Under the pieces are notes generated by a model, which ran no database searches, was not told where the DNA came from, and saw only the letters and a program-made list of their open reading frames with translations. A stretch of DNA of 33,132 nt from Pelomyxa schiedti. Taxonomy: Eukaryota > Protista > Evosea. A program made the translations under genes and the position numbers. Numbering within the stretch: the first letter of the stretch is position 1; each line of letters opens with the position of its first letter. The DNA lies in NCBI GenBank assembly GCA_020536535.1, contig JAHLWZ010000985.1, positions 1-33,132 on the forward strand, in the 5' to 3' direction. This document shows, one piece after another, positions 9,570-21,727 of this stretch.

Positions 9570-12021
9570 TTATCTGGAACAACAAAAATAGCCAGAGAGG
9601 GTTGGCTTTTCAGGAAATTCCCGAAGTTTGCTATAACGTATACCATATAGGAAGTAAATAATCAGTCCAATTGGAATCCATATTGCTATCCTTATCCAGG
9701 CAGAACTATCCAAACCGGACTACACATTTGTTAGCGTGGAAAATCTGAAGTATTGAAGTATACAAGAAGAAATAAGTTTACAGCAATTCCAAGGAATGGG
9801 GTGAAAGGCACGAAGGGGCATAAAAATGAAGCCTTGGGCATCTCCTTTGGAATGAACCACCACATAGCTCCAACAGCTGGTAGAGCTAGCACCAATAGTG
9901 TAATGGAAGCCCACAACTCGACGCTTGATACATTTAGAAAGATGGAATTTACTGTAGGTACATACTCGCACTGAAGGCAGTAGCAGCCAGAAAAAAAGAA
10001 AACAATGAACCATGCCAAGAACCCATGTGGAAGGAGTGTTAAATTGTGATGTTTATGTCTGGTCAATATGAGACCGCAGTCAACAATACAAAAGGCCAAA
10101 AGTGTTCCAATAGATATTGTGGAAGACAGGGTTTCCAGGGAAGCAAAGAACGCAATAAGACAACAAAAAAGTCCTTCTTTAGATGAGAAGGGTTGTAGGA
10201 AGGAGTTAGGTAAGACCTGTTAATAGAACACCGAAAACTGGTGCACCTGTCCAAGCAGAGACATATCCAAAAATCTCAAAAAATATCCCCTGTGAAAGTC
10301 AGTAAAATGCAGGCTCAAAGGTATCACCCACATCCCGAGACATCCGGAAAAAAATTCTACTTTGGCCTAGAAGAGAATTGAAACAAGAGGCCATCGTTCC
10401 TAGTACAGCACCAATGGAGACAAACTGGGAAGCAATGGGCATCCCAACTAAATCAAATACAGAAGAGAGAGCCGTATCTCCGGTAAGTTCAGTGTACGGA
10501 ACCATCCCAGTTATTATCAGTGCCAATAGAACCCTGAAGTTTCGATTTAGTACTTCTCTTTCAGGAAAGTTAACTACATGAGGACTGTGGCTACCCCCAA
10601 GGTAGACATCAACCCAATAGGAATGTAGACAGGCCTTTTAACTTCCTCTACCACTGTTGTTAACTTAGGATGTTAAAGGATGGAAAGTTAAAGTCCGGCA
10701 TACAAAATCAAAACCCAAAAATGCCATGTACAGTTGGCCAGCTGCAGTTGCAACAGAATTAAATCCCATTGGGAAAAAAGAATCGTTGACTGCTGTCCAG
10801 TTGGCGGAGTCTACTTGTATGCCACCTAACCTTGTGAGAGAAGGAAAAAAAGGAGAGCAGAAACCAGCTATAATAGCAAAGCACAAAACGATCAAGTTCC
10901 CTGTTGTAACAACAGCATTGAAAATCGCTGATGACTTGACTCCAGTACAAATGGTTAAGGAGCACAGTACTATCAACAAAGAAGCCAATGGGCTGCAGCT
11001 AAGATCAAAAACATTCAAATTTGTAAGCCATGAGGGAACCTAGGAATTGTGAGTTGTATTCTCCCAGTTTTATGATGGTAAAATTGGTTTTAGAAAAAGG
11101 AAAGAATTTCGCACATTCACACCAAAGGATGAAAGTACAATAACAAAGTACTCCCCAAAGGATCTAGATATAACAGCAGAAGAAATTGCATACTCCAGGG
11201 TCAGTGCCCACCCAATACTAGGAGAAAACAGTGCGTTAGCACCACAAGACAATCAAATTAAAGTAGTGCCCCAATTCTCAAGGGTGGGAGTACCCAAAAG
11301 CCACAAGCTCCCCAAAAATGACATAGGCATAAGTGTAAGCACTTCCAGCCACCGGAACTCTCGCCGAGAACTCCGCATATACAAGTGCAGTCATGAGGCA
11401 AGAAAATCCACACAGCAGGGCTGAAACAACCACACCAGGACCTGCAGTCTGTGCAGAGATTCCAATGAGAGAATACACCCCAGCCCCAATGGTGGATCCT
11501 ATACCCAGGAATATAACATCCAAAATTCCCAGTTTTCTCCTCAGTGACCTTTCATTCCCCCCTTTTTTGGAGGATTCCTCACCACTGTCAATGCCAGAGC
11601 CTGAACCCCACCCACAAGTGCGAAAACACTTGCGCAATATTGTACCTCGTCCTCCGAGATTATAGCAAGAACTGTTCTTTTTGGTATTTTCCTCACAGAC
11701 ACATTGGTCAATGTGCTTTGGTTCTTGGGACTCGGGAGTGAGACTGGCCTCAGTCTCAGGGGTAGAGATCGGACCGTCTCCCTCGTCGTTTCTTGTTGCA
11801 GAATCGGAAGTTGCAGTTGATGGTGTAGACTGAGACTGTAAAGATACTTCAGAGATGCATTGTTGGATACTCTTGGTTCTCATGAGTGCCCTGAGGGTGT
11901 ACGCCTCAGTGCAAACTCTGAGTCTTCCTCTAGGCCCGTTTCGGAGTTGTAGATCCGATGTAAGTGGCTGCTTTTCCCCTGAGCAATCGCCTTGGCCGGT
12001 GTCACAACTGACCGAGAGCAT
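9570..12021 (-). CDS. Cationic amino acid transporter (APC superfamily, CAT/SLC7A-like)
   Basis: LRRKLGILDVIFLGIGSTIGAGVY, YAEFSARVPVAGSAYTYAY, GWALTLEY, LLGQSRIFFRMSRD; C-terminal FLCPFVPFTP...AWIRIAIWIPIGLIIYFLYG; TAA 9570-9572. The start codon is uncertain. Confidence 0.9.
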
Positions 12022-12143
12022 TGTGATTGTTCTTCTACGAACCTGAAATACCAATCACCATCACTTAGAGGCAACTGCAAAAATAACTTCGAAGAAGGGG
12101 CAAAAAAAGGGTCACCAACTAAATACAACAGCGCCATCCTGCC

Positions 12144-14134
12144 ATGGGGCGGAATAAGATCAAAATAGAACGCATCCAAAATGAAAGAAACAGACAGGTT
12201 TCGTTGTGCTCCTCGCGTCCCGATGCGTACACAAAAAAAAAAAAAAACTTGTCACAAAATGACAGCAGTTCCCTGTCGTCGGCACTACTTTTTTTTTTCC
12301 ACTTATTATTTTATTATCTTATTTTAATTGTCTGTCGCAACATCGACCGACACGTACAGGCGACGTTTACGAAACGCAAACTTGGTTTGATGAAGAAAGC
12401 AATGGAACTTTCCATCCTTTGTGAGTGTGAAGTGGGGCTTATCATGTTCAGTTCCAGCAACAAGTTGTTTGTATACGCCAGTGGAAACATAAGTAGTTTG
12501 TTACTGAGATTCACGGAGTATAGCGAGCCTTACAGGGTTCTTACTAATGCTGATGTGTGTTACCATCACTTCCTTATGCTTATATTTCTTACTGTATTCA
12601 GTATCACAAGCAGTTTGACCGAAAGTCCACAACGAGCAACGTTGCGGAGCAAACGGCGTCCCCGCCAAATGGCTACAACCAAACTTCTAATTCATCTCTA
12701 CCTACAACAGGAACTCCCCAACCTGTTCCAGATAATGCCACTCAGTCAGTTTCCACTTCTCTAACTCCTGCCCCTCCACAACCTCCCGTACAAGGCTCTT
12801 CAGTACCGCCACCGATGGCGGCACCAGTGCCTCCTCCACCATTGACTCAATATGGAATTGACCACACAGGTCAACCCACTGCTTTACATGGGCATCCTCA
12901 GTCGCAGTCACCACAGTGTGGCCAAACAAACTCGCCTCTTTCTTCGCAAACCCAACAGATGCAGTTGCAAGCTCAACAAATGCATAATCAACAAATGCAG
13001 GTCCTTGTTCAAATGCAAGCCCACAATCAAATCAGCTCCCCGCAGTCACATTCTCCTGCTTTGCAAGGTATGCCAAAGTCACCCACACTGCAGCCTCCAG
13101 CCCAAGCATCTTTACAGCTCCAGCAGCGTGTCCCTATTGTTCAGACACAATCTCAACCGTCACGTGGTGAGCAGCAGCATAGCTTGCACCAATATCACCC
13201 TTGTCAGTCTTATCCCAATGGCATGATTTCCCCAGATGCTCCGTTTATGCAAATGTATGTCCCAATAGCCCAAAATAGCGCAGTCCAACAAAGTCAACTG
13301 GCTTTTTCTCACACCCAAGCCATGTACAACGCAACTGGCTCACCTCCTGGGCAAACACACCAATCTGAGGGCTCCTCAATACAACCGCCACATTTTTCTA
13401 CTCAGTTTAATTCTGTGGCTCTTGAACAAGATGTATGCCCTGATGGAAACGCGACTGAGCCTTGTAACAAACGCTCTCGGCAGTCCTGTCCACTGGAGAA
13501 TTCTCCCCCTTCCAAGCAGGAGCAATCCTCTCCGTCTGGGGGTGAATTGACTGAAGTTGAAGGTAGTAATTCTCTCCCTGACGAATTGGAGTCACAGCAG
13601 CCTGGTAAAGACCAACATACACCGCTGTGTGAAGCTGACAGTTCTATTGCATCCGCTACGGCTTGTGGTAATTCCTCTGTGAACGATGCTTCAGACACTT
13701 GCGCTTCTGGAAATTCCGGTGCCGCCAACAATTCCCTTTCCATGAATTCCGCTACACAGGCTCAGTCACATCCCTACATGGGCACTGTCATTGCACAGTA
13801 CTCTATTTCTCCTCAGGAAAGGGAACTACATGAAAGGCAAGGAAAGCAGTTGCATCATAACCCTGCAGCCCCTATGGTGCTACCCGGTAATCAGTCATAT
13901 GTATGTCTGGGCAGGACTTCCTTATTTGCTTTAACCTTTGCCTATATAGTCTCTGGTACAAACCCTCCTGGGGACTGGAATGTGTACACAACAACAGATT
14001 CCCGCCGGCATGGTGTATCCTGGAATGCCCAAGTAGTTTGTCACTCCCTAAACACCAATAACTTTTCCTGCAGTACCGTTCAGATTTCGTATGCACAGCA
14101 GCCAATGTGTCAGACTTACCTAACTCCTGTATGA
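12144..14134 (+). CDS. MEF2: MEF2-type MADS-box transcription factor with long Q/P/S-rich C-terminus
   Basis: [18 protein letters not shown]|[41 protein letters not shown] plus the MEF2 domain [19 protein letters not shown]; intron 12198-12359. The 3' end is approximate. Confidence 0.9.
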
Positions 14135-14330
14135 TTAATGCCAAAAACAGTACTTTCAAATCCCCTCACCTAGTTACCCTTCCAGATTACAACTACTATG
14201 ATCAACAGTGCATACAACCCAGCCATGAAACCCTCTGACCTTCATTGATCCCTACTGTTCTTTCTGGAAACAACAGGAAAAACCAACAGAATTTCAAGAG
14301 AAACAGTTTGTGCTTTTATTTTTTTTTTTA

Positions 14331-15630
14331 TTACAATCCGTGATTGAGGCTACTGAGGGAACTACGCAAAGCGGAAGTTAACCCTGAGACACTAACACCT
14401 CGCTCTAGTGACACTGAAACATTGACTGGGGGTGCTTCTTTGTATGACATGAATTTCTTGGCATAGTGGTTCATAACCAACAGAATGGTGAGGAAAACAA
14501 GAGGTTCTTCCCCTAAAAGGTGTAAGTAAATTTGGAATGGATACACTACCCACCTTGGGCTATTTCCATTGCAGCGTCGTTGTGTCCCTTGTGTGCCTCA
14601 ATTTTGGCAATTGGCTGGCCAGCCCTTATTGAGTGCAGTGTGAGTGTTGTTGATTGTTAGGGAAATTACAAACTTACTTGAATACTTGGAAGACTCCGGC
14701 CTTGGCATCACCAGTGCATGACAGGGGAGAAGTGTAACCAGAAAAAGTGAAACCCATATTGTCAGCATTGAAATAGGAACCACGGACCATTGTGAGTCTC
14801 TTTTGAAGTTGGCTGGTATTTGGTTACATTTCTCTTGGCGAGATGTTGCAGTTGGAAAAATACAAAAATATGTCAACTGCTCCAGAGACTTTTGCACAAC
14901 GAGAGGCGTTGCAGGTTCTTCCTTTCGGATCTCTGACAGTAATTGCTGGTGCATCACCCTCCCAGGTGAAAGACTGAATTGGTGTTTAAAAGGGTTCACC
15001 AAAACAAAACTAGATAAAAAGTAGGCACACCACACTTCCAGAGACATCTTTTATATGTTTTCCATGCATATTGTACTTCACCATCTGTGGTATCTTCATT
15101 ATTTTGGCCAGTCTGAAAAATAGGGTTACCTGTGGCCTTGCAGGTTGCACTGTTGGTGACGAAACAAATGTCGGAGAAGGGTATGCCGCGGTAGTTGGTG
15201 GCGACATTGGCATCGAGGGACCTGATGGCATCGCCTGGTTTTGATCATTAGGAAGAATTATCTATCTGGCTTTGAAGCTAGATACCGAGGGAGGATAGCC
15301 TCCAGGAGGAGGAGCCCCAACTACAATATACGCTGTCCAGTGGTTAACTTCGTTTTGATCCAAGAAGCCAATTTCAAACAACTATATACAGAATTAGTAG
15401 GCTACAGAAACAAACAAAAAAAGTAGTTCAAGTGTCAGTTAAAGTTTTCTGAACTATTTATAATAAATCGAGACCTTTTTGAGGGTAGCAGCAGCCTGAG
15501 CCGGGGGAATTGAAGGATTGAACGCCTGGGACAACAAACCCTGCTTATGGGTGACGTATGTAGCCCCTAATGTCTCTCGTATTGTCAACAAGGCACGGCA
15601 CCGCTCGATGAGTTGCGACATGGGATCCAT
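14331..15630 (-). CDS. Hypothetical protein with C-terminal LURP-one/Tubby_C-like domain and Pro-rich linker
   Basis: Spliced translation ...DIFFQLQKRLTMVRGSYFNADNMGFTFSGYTSPLSCTGDAKAGVFQVF...QPIAKIEAHKGHNDAAMEIAQGEEPLVFLTILLVMNHY matches the LURP-one pattern by eye only; TAA 14331-14333. Confidence 0.5.
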
Positions 15631-15853
15631 GATTGACAAGATCTGGGTGTGTATACACTAGCGTGTTCGGTTGTGGTTTTTTTTTCCTTCTGGCGTTGCT
15701 ACGGTGGCCCAGAGCAGTTTGATTTTTCTTTTTTGTTTTGAGTTTGCACGAAATCAACGCAGATCCACAAGGAAAAAAATCGATCTAGACCTGATTGCCC
15801 TGGCTGATTGGCTTTTAAGTTGAGAGCCTAAAAAAAACAGTCCATCAGAATAA

Positions 15854-18800
15854 ATGAGCAGCACAATACCCCCACTCGGCGCCGATTGTGGGACGCCAAC
15901 AAGACCAGAACCCACAATCGAGAAACAGCCGCAAGGCACCACACCCACCGGGGGCCTGCTCGCCCCTCCGTCGCCCAAACGGTGTCGCTTCGGCACTGGG
16001 CCGTGCAGTCCACAAGTACCGCAGCAAGCGCACCCCGACTTCATGCCGACTAGCGAGCATTATGGGCAAAGGAACGGCGCAGGCCACGCTGCGTCGGGCG
16101 CCGCGTCCGCTGGGCTGTATCACGATCACGGTGGCGGTGAGGTAGAGAGTGAGGACTACGAGAACGAGAACGGCGAGGACGGAGATGGCGAGGAGTACGG
16201 GAACGGCGACGAAGGAGGGGCCGCCTATCAGGAAGATTATTATGGGTCCGCGGCGGCCGCAACTACTACCACCACAACAACAACCTCGTCCTACGCGGCG
16301 ACGTCTCCGCCCCCTCCTTCTGTGGAACTGTCGTTCGCTACTCCTCAGACTCTGTCAATGGCCACTGTCCGCAGGGTAACAAGCGGCGGGCTCCCTCCCA
16401 TAATTCCGGCGTCCCCGCTACCGCCGATTCTGTCGCCGCCGCCGCCTCTCTACGGTGCAATCTCGACGCCTCAGTCCCCTCCCCCTACCGTGGTTGGTGT
16501 CCCTGGACAAGCCGTCCCGGTGCTCGGCACACCGTGGCAACAGCAGCAACAGGGCGCCGGTTCAATCCCGCCCCCTACCATCACCTCTTTTAGCCACCAC
16601 GACTTCGCCGCCCTCGTCCAAACTCCCGGCGCCATCCAAACCCCCGCCCCCGACCACGAACCTGGCCCAGACCCCCCACCCACAATCCCAATCTCGTCGG
16701 CGTCCGCCCTGATGCCTCCCCCCAGGACCGTCCCCACCGCCACCGCCGCCCCCTCCTCCACCTCGGCGGCCCTGGCCGCCCTGGACTCCGTGCTGATGCC
16801 CCCGCCGAGCTCCGTCTCCGTCTCGCACGGGGGCGCCCCGGGCGCGGGGGGCGGCGGCGCCGGCGCGGCGGCCCTGGGCGTGGGCGAGGACGCGTACCTG
16901 AGCTCGACGTCGCGGCGGACGACGCCCAAGACCGGGCGGCGCGCCCCGGGCCGCGTGTCGTCGGCGGTGGCGCCCGACACGCGGCGGTCCGCGCGGCGCA
17001 ACCAGGCGCTGCCGACCGGCGCGAGCAAGCACGCCAGGGAGGTCATGATGGCGCACAGGAAGCCGTCGCAGAAGATCAACGTGGCGGACTTGGCCCGGCA
17101 GTTCCGCACCGCGGTGGTCGCCGTCCCCCCAGTCGTCGGCGTGGCGGCTGCCGCTGCTGCTGCTGCGTCGCCGCCGCCGCCGCATCCCCCGCAGCAATTG
17201 CAGCCACAGCCACAGTCACCGCAGCCGCAATTGAATTCTCAGTTGCAGTTGCAGACGCAATTACACTCGCAGTCACAGGTGCAACTGCAGTCGCTGCTGC
17301 AATCGAATTCTCAGTCGCAGTCACTTTCACCACCACAGTTGCACTTTTTACAGTTGCAGGCACAGCTTCAGTTGCAATTACAGTCACAATCGCAGTCGCA
17401 GCTGCAATCACAGTCACAGGCAGAACCCCTCCAATCAAACACTGTGGCTTTGGTGGAACACAACGATGTTGCTCATGTGGCTGCTGGGTCAGGGCCTAAC
17501 AACTTGCTTGGTAATCACGATGCTACAAGTATTGAGGGACTTGCCTCGGGGAGCACTGAGCCCCCTGCTAACACCATACCCCTTTCAACCTCATACACTG
17601 AGAGTACATCATCTTCGTTGAACTCGGGGCCAACCGCAGTTAATCTTCCTATGACGAGTTCATCATCAAATTCTTCAATTCCTCCAATGGACAGTCTCGA
17701 TTCAGAATTGCTTGCAACAGAGACAGACATTTCGTATCACCATATCTACAAGAATATCAGAGCTAACTCCTTGCTTAGGTATGAAGATTTGCGCCTACTT
17801 TCTGACAGGGATATAGTTGAGAAGAGAATTCAAGAGGAATTGGTTTTTCCTTTCTAATAGTGATGTGTGTTAACTTCTTAGCAGGCCTTGCATCAATGTC
17901 CAAAAGAGCTTCAAGCTAAATTGGGCGCTATACCAGATCAAGGTTTTGTGCCTCCCTTTTTTCATCTAATGGTGTTGATAGGTCTGCTGGAAGACGTACG
18001 AAAAGAGCAACCGCACAATGCTCCACTCGAATCGCTTCAGTACATACAGAAAAATCCGAAAGACCCAAGATCTGTCTACACTCGAAGACACATTAACTTT
18101 GTTACAGAAAACATGAGGGTAATGGCCTGCAATTGTTGCACAAAATTTCTTAACATAGCAACTAAAGGAAAAACGGGAACAAGAAGAATGCCAGATGGAA
18201 AATCAGGAACTTGTAGGTACTGAAGAAATCGTTCTCACTGTTGCTATATATCATCCAACTAAGCTGCAGAAACACCAAGTTTTTTTTGTTTGTTTTACAA
18301 TCCTTGTCAATCTTCTAAAGGAATTTGCTGTTCTTGGATCTCAGAAACTTACTGAGTTGAAAGACAAAATATACTGTCTGAATAACAATACTTCAGCACC
18401 CGTCAACAGTAACGCTTCAGCACCAGTCGACAATACTGCTTCAGAACCTGCCGATAGCAATCCTTCGGCACCAGTAGCCAGCAACCCTTCAACACCAGTC
18501 CACGACAATTCAGCCATCAATGGCAATAATTCAGCACCAGTAAATAACAGTACGCCAAGACAAATCGCCCCTGGGCACGTTGTAGCATCAGCACATGTGA
18601 ACTACCCCAGCAGCTTTTTTTTTATTGAAGGGACATTTTATGACGATATGAGAGAGCCCAACAATATTCGCTACAGTGTACCAATTATAGAATTTGCCAA
18701 CAATATCACTCACAATTATAAACGACCATCCTTGGCTAAATCAAGGCAATCGAAAACTTCTACCTCCCCAACAGCCTTGCCAGCCTTGCCAAGTCCAAAT

Positions 18801-19575
18801 CTCCCCCCACCAAGCCCTCTGCTGACAAGTAGCATTAATTTTCCACCCAGAACATCCCTAGATGAAAGTGAAGAAGCCATAGGGTCTGCAGATGTAGATT
18901 ATGAATCTCTCGCACAATCCACACCCTGCACCTCTACACCACAAAATCAAAGTCTTGGGGACCAGAGAAATGATCCGCGTTGGAAAGCAGAAATTCGTCC
19001 ACATAATCCTGAACTCTGGCGGAATGCTAACATGGAGGACACCTCATTCAGTGACCTGTGTTTACGGACCAATGAGCCTTATCTGTTCTGCCACCAAGCC
19101 ACCTGCGAACACATTATTATTTTCACCGACGTTAGGTTTGCCTAATTCCTTTTGCCTGTTTCCTTGAGGCTTCTACTCACTAGTTCCCTCCAGGCTCGTT
19201 ACCGACTTTGACGAACATAAGAAGAGTTCTTATCCACTCCTTGTCTATCAGAACCGAATTTACGCTCAGAAGTGTACCATCTGTGAACTGTTTGATGCAA
19301 CGTAAACCTTCAAAATAGAATTCCTCCTCAACTCACTCAATGAAGAACAATTGTTTACAATGACTCACTGGCACCTACCAATCCATGCTACTTCTGTGCT
19401 ACTTGCTACAGTATTTTGTAACTCCACTCCACTCACTTTCTAATCATACACAGGACTTCTACATTACGAACCGAATGGCACTGGCCGAGTAATTCATTTC
19501 CCAAACCATTTTATTGTACTTACTCTATCCTTACAGCACCGTGACCACCTCATCTATGACTACCGTCACGATTGA
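15854..19575 (+). CDS. SNAPC3: snRNA-activating protein complex subunit 3 (SNAP50) with long low-complexity N-terminus
   Basis: EFAVLGSQKLTELKDKIYC, SSFFFIEGTFYDDMR, YLFCHQATCEHIIIFTDVR, CTICELFDA, PCYFCATCY, LHYEPNG; ends IYDYRHD, TGA 19573-19575. Confidence 0.85.
17192..17419 (+). repeat. (Gln-X)n dipeptide low-complexity coding repeat
   Basis: QLQPQPQSPQPQLNSQLQLQTQLHSQSQVQLQS...QLQLQLQSQSQSQLQSQSQ; recurrent CAGTTG/CAGTCA/CAATCG hexamers. Confidence 0.85.
18390..18551 (+). repeat. Degenerate 24-bp (8-aa) tandem repeat, 5 full plus 2 partial units
   Basis: Units start at 18390, 18414, 18438, 18462 and 18486 (consensus nCTTCAGCACCAGTCnACAnnAAn) and encode SAPVNSNA/SAPVDNTA/SEPADSNP/SAPVASNP/STPVHDN. 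Confidence 0.8.
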
Positions 19576-19730
19576 AGCTGGATATGCCAACACCACAAAA
19601 CAACACACCCCTGGATTTACTTGTACAGATAGCATCCCCACTCACAAGTTTGGAACGAAGGGATTGGGAGAAAAAAAAACAGATAGTTTTAGTGAATGTC
19701 TTTGGGGAGTGTAACGTGTGTACTGAACAG

Positions 19731-21511
19731 TCACAGGAATGCTGCCTTGTGGTCTGCAATGTACTTGGAAAGTGGAATGGGTTCTTTTCCGGTAACGCGC
19801 TTGACAACATCAGTAACGACTGTGGCCCAGCCATTTTTCTTCACGGTTTCAAGGTCCATCATACCCTAGACGAGTTTGAGTGTTGTGGGTAGTGGGTGGA
19901 AATAGAAAAACAAACCTGAGCCAACTTCTCTGGCATTCCGTGTCCTTCAAGTGCCTTGCCGTATGCCTCTGCTGGCAAGTCCACATACTGAGAGCCGGGT
20001 CAGTTGAGGTGCAAAGAAAGAAGTCTATTACCTTTACTGGCTTGGCGATAACTTTGCTGATTACATCCACACATTCAGCAGCAGTAAGGGCTTCAGCGGC
20101 AGTGATAATGAGAGTCTGGCCAGCGTATGTGGTTGGGTTAAGGAGTACACCGGTTGCTACTGCGGAAATGTCCTCGGTGGCAACAAATGCAGTTTTTCCA
20201 TCACCTGACGCTCCATAGACTGCGCTATCCTTCTTGACTGTGGCACCGTTGAAGTTGGGCCAGTTGTCAGCAAAGAATGTAGGCTGTAGAATTGTGAATG
20301 GTATTCCGGATCCTTTGACGAGATCTTCGCATCTTCCGTGCTATTGAGTATTTGTTACCGATAAACCTTAGACACAAGAATGTGTACCTCAGCAGACAAG
20401 AACATTGGGGAGGAGGAGTTAGCCCCAAGGCCGGAAAATTCGCAAATGAATTTAGTCCCCTCCCTTTTGGCTGTCTCAACAGCAGCCTAGACATAAAAAT
20501 AATTAAAATTAATTTTCCAAGATAAAGAAGGTGAACTTGCCTGGAAGATGCCAACCCAAGTAAGTTGGATTGGGGCCAGTAAGAAAATACGGTCCACCTT
20601 GTTGAATGCTGTTGTGATAGTAGCGGGAGTGTTCCAATCAAGTGTAACCACTTCGGCTCCTTTTGCTTGCAAGTCGGCAACCTGTCTTGGAATTAAACAG
20701 TGACAAAAGATTGGATAAGGGCCTACCTTTGCTGGATCCCTAACTCCGACTCTTACGCGTGCTTGCTTGGAAGCCAAGAGCATTTCAGCTACTTTTTTAC
20801 CGTTGTTACCAGAAGCACCAGTTATGAGAATCAGTGGTTGAGCTATTTGGACAGTTTCTTGCTGTTTGAAAAGATCAGAAAAAGACAAGTGATTCTATCA
20901 CAGACCTTGAATGTCTTCATGTCAACGAACTGGACTGTGTCAATTGTGAGGAGCAAAACAACAAAGTTTGGATCTTCAACACCAGTATAGCCAAACTATT
21001 AATTTTAGCGTGTCAGAAACGCGTCCAGACCTGAGAAGGAGATACCTGGGTGAAGTTATCTCTCCACGCTTGGTACCTAACCCAAGGGTCAGTTGAAGCA
21101 GTGCAAGTAGCCAGAATCTGACAATAGCATGATGCTGTCATCCCCTGCCTTGGAGCCGTTAATTAAACAAAAAGCCCATTTGTAGAGAAATTAAGAAATA
21201 AGCAAGTTGTAGGGAGGGAAAAAAAAATTTAACTACTACACACTTGCCAACAAGAACGTTCACGTCGCCGTTTGCTGCTAATTGTTCGAGCTTTCTGGAA
21301 CCCTTGCGTGTTCCCATGTAGTACCCCAGAATAGGATCAAAATTTAACACCATTGGTCGCGTGGCCATTGATGTTCCTACATTTGTTTTCAAGCGAGGAG
21401 AGGAAAAAAAAAAGAGTGAGTCTACAAGCGACCAAACAACTGGCAAGAACCATTATGGGTGGTCAACAAACAGACTGGATTTTCCGCGTGCGCTTTGGCG
21501 ATGAACTCCAT
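19731..21511 (-). CDS. Fusion of a PNPOx-like FMN-binding split-barrel (general stress protein 26-like) and an NmrA-like/atypical SDR NAD(P)H-binding oxidoreductase
   Basis: ATG21511 MEFIAKAHAENPVCLLTTHN|GTSMATRPM...MGTRKGSRKLEQLAANGDV...DPWVRYQAW...GVEDPNFVVLLLTID...MKTFK|QETVQIAQPLILITGASGNNG...VRDPAK...ILQPTFFADN...TAFVATEDIS; TGA 19731-19733. Confidence 0.8.
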
Positions 21512-21727
21512 CTCGTGGCGTTTGGTTTGTTGGTTTTTTTTTTGTTTTTTTTGTTTCTTCCTTTTTTTCCTTTTCCTTCAAAGGGTTTTTTTTTGTTTCT
21601 GTTTGTTTGATCTTTGCCGCGAATAATAATTCGTTGGTTTTGATCCTTCCGTAAGGGGTGAACAGGGCAATATCACGAGGGACCGTCTCTCGTTTTGACC
21701 AACAAAATACAAAGCAAGTCATTTTTT

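Noticed and set aside
14813-14863. In-frame TAA (14824-14826) suggesting readthrough or an alternative genetic code
   Set aside because: It lies inside a 51-nt GT-AG intron; TAA, TAG and TGA all act as normal stops elsewhere.
16050-17438. Long overlapping and antisense ORFs in the GC-rich SNAPC3 exon (similar ones at 24562-25250)
   Set aside because: Shadow ORFs expected from stop-codon scarcity at very high GC; their translations are low-complexity Arg/Ala/Gly.
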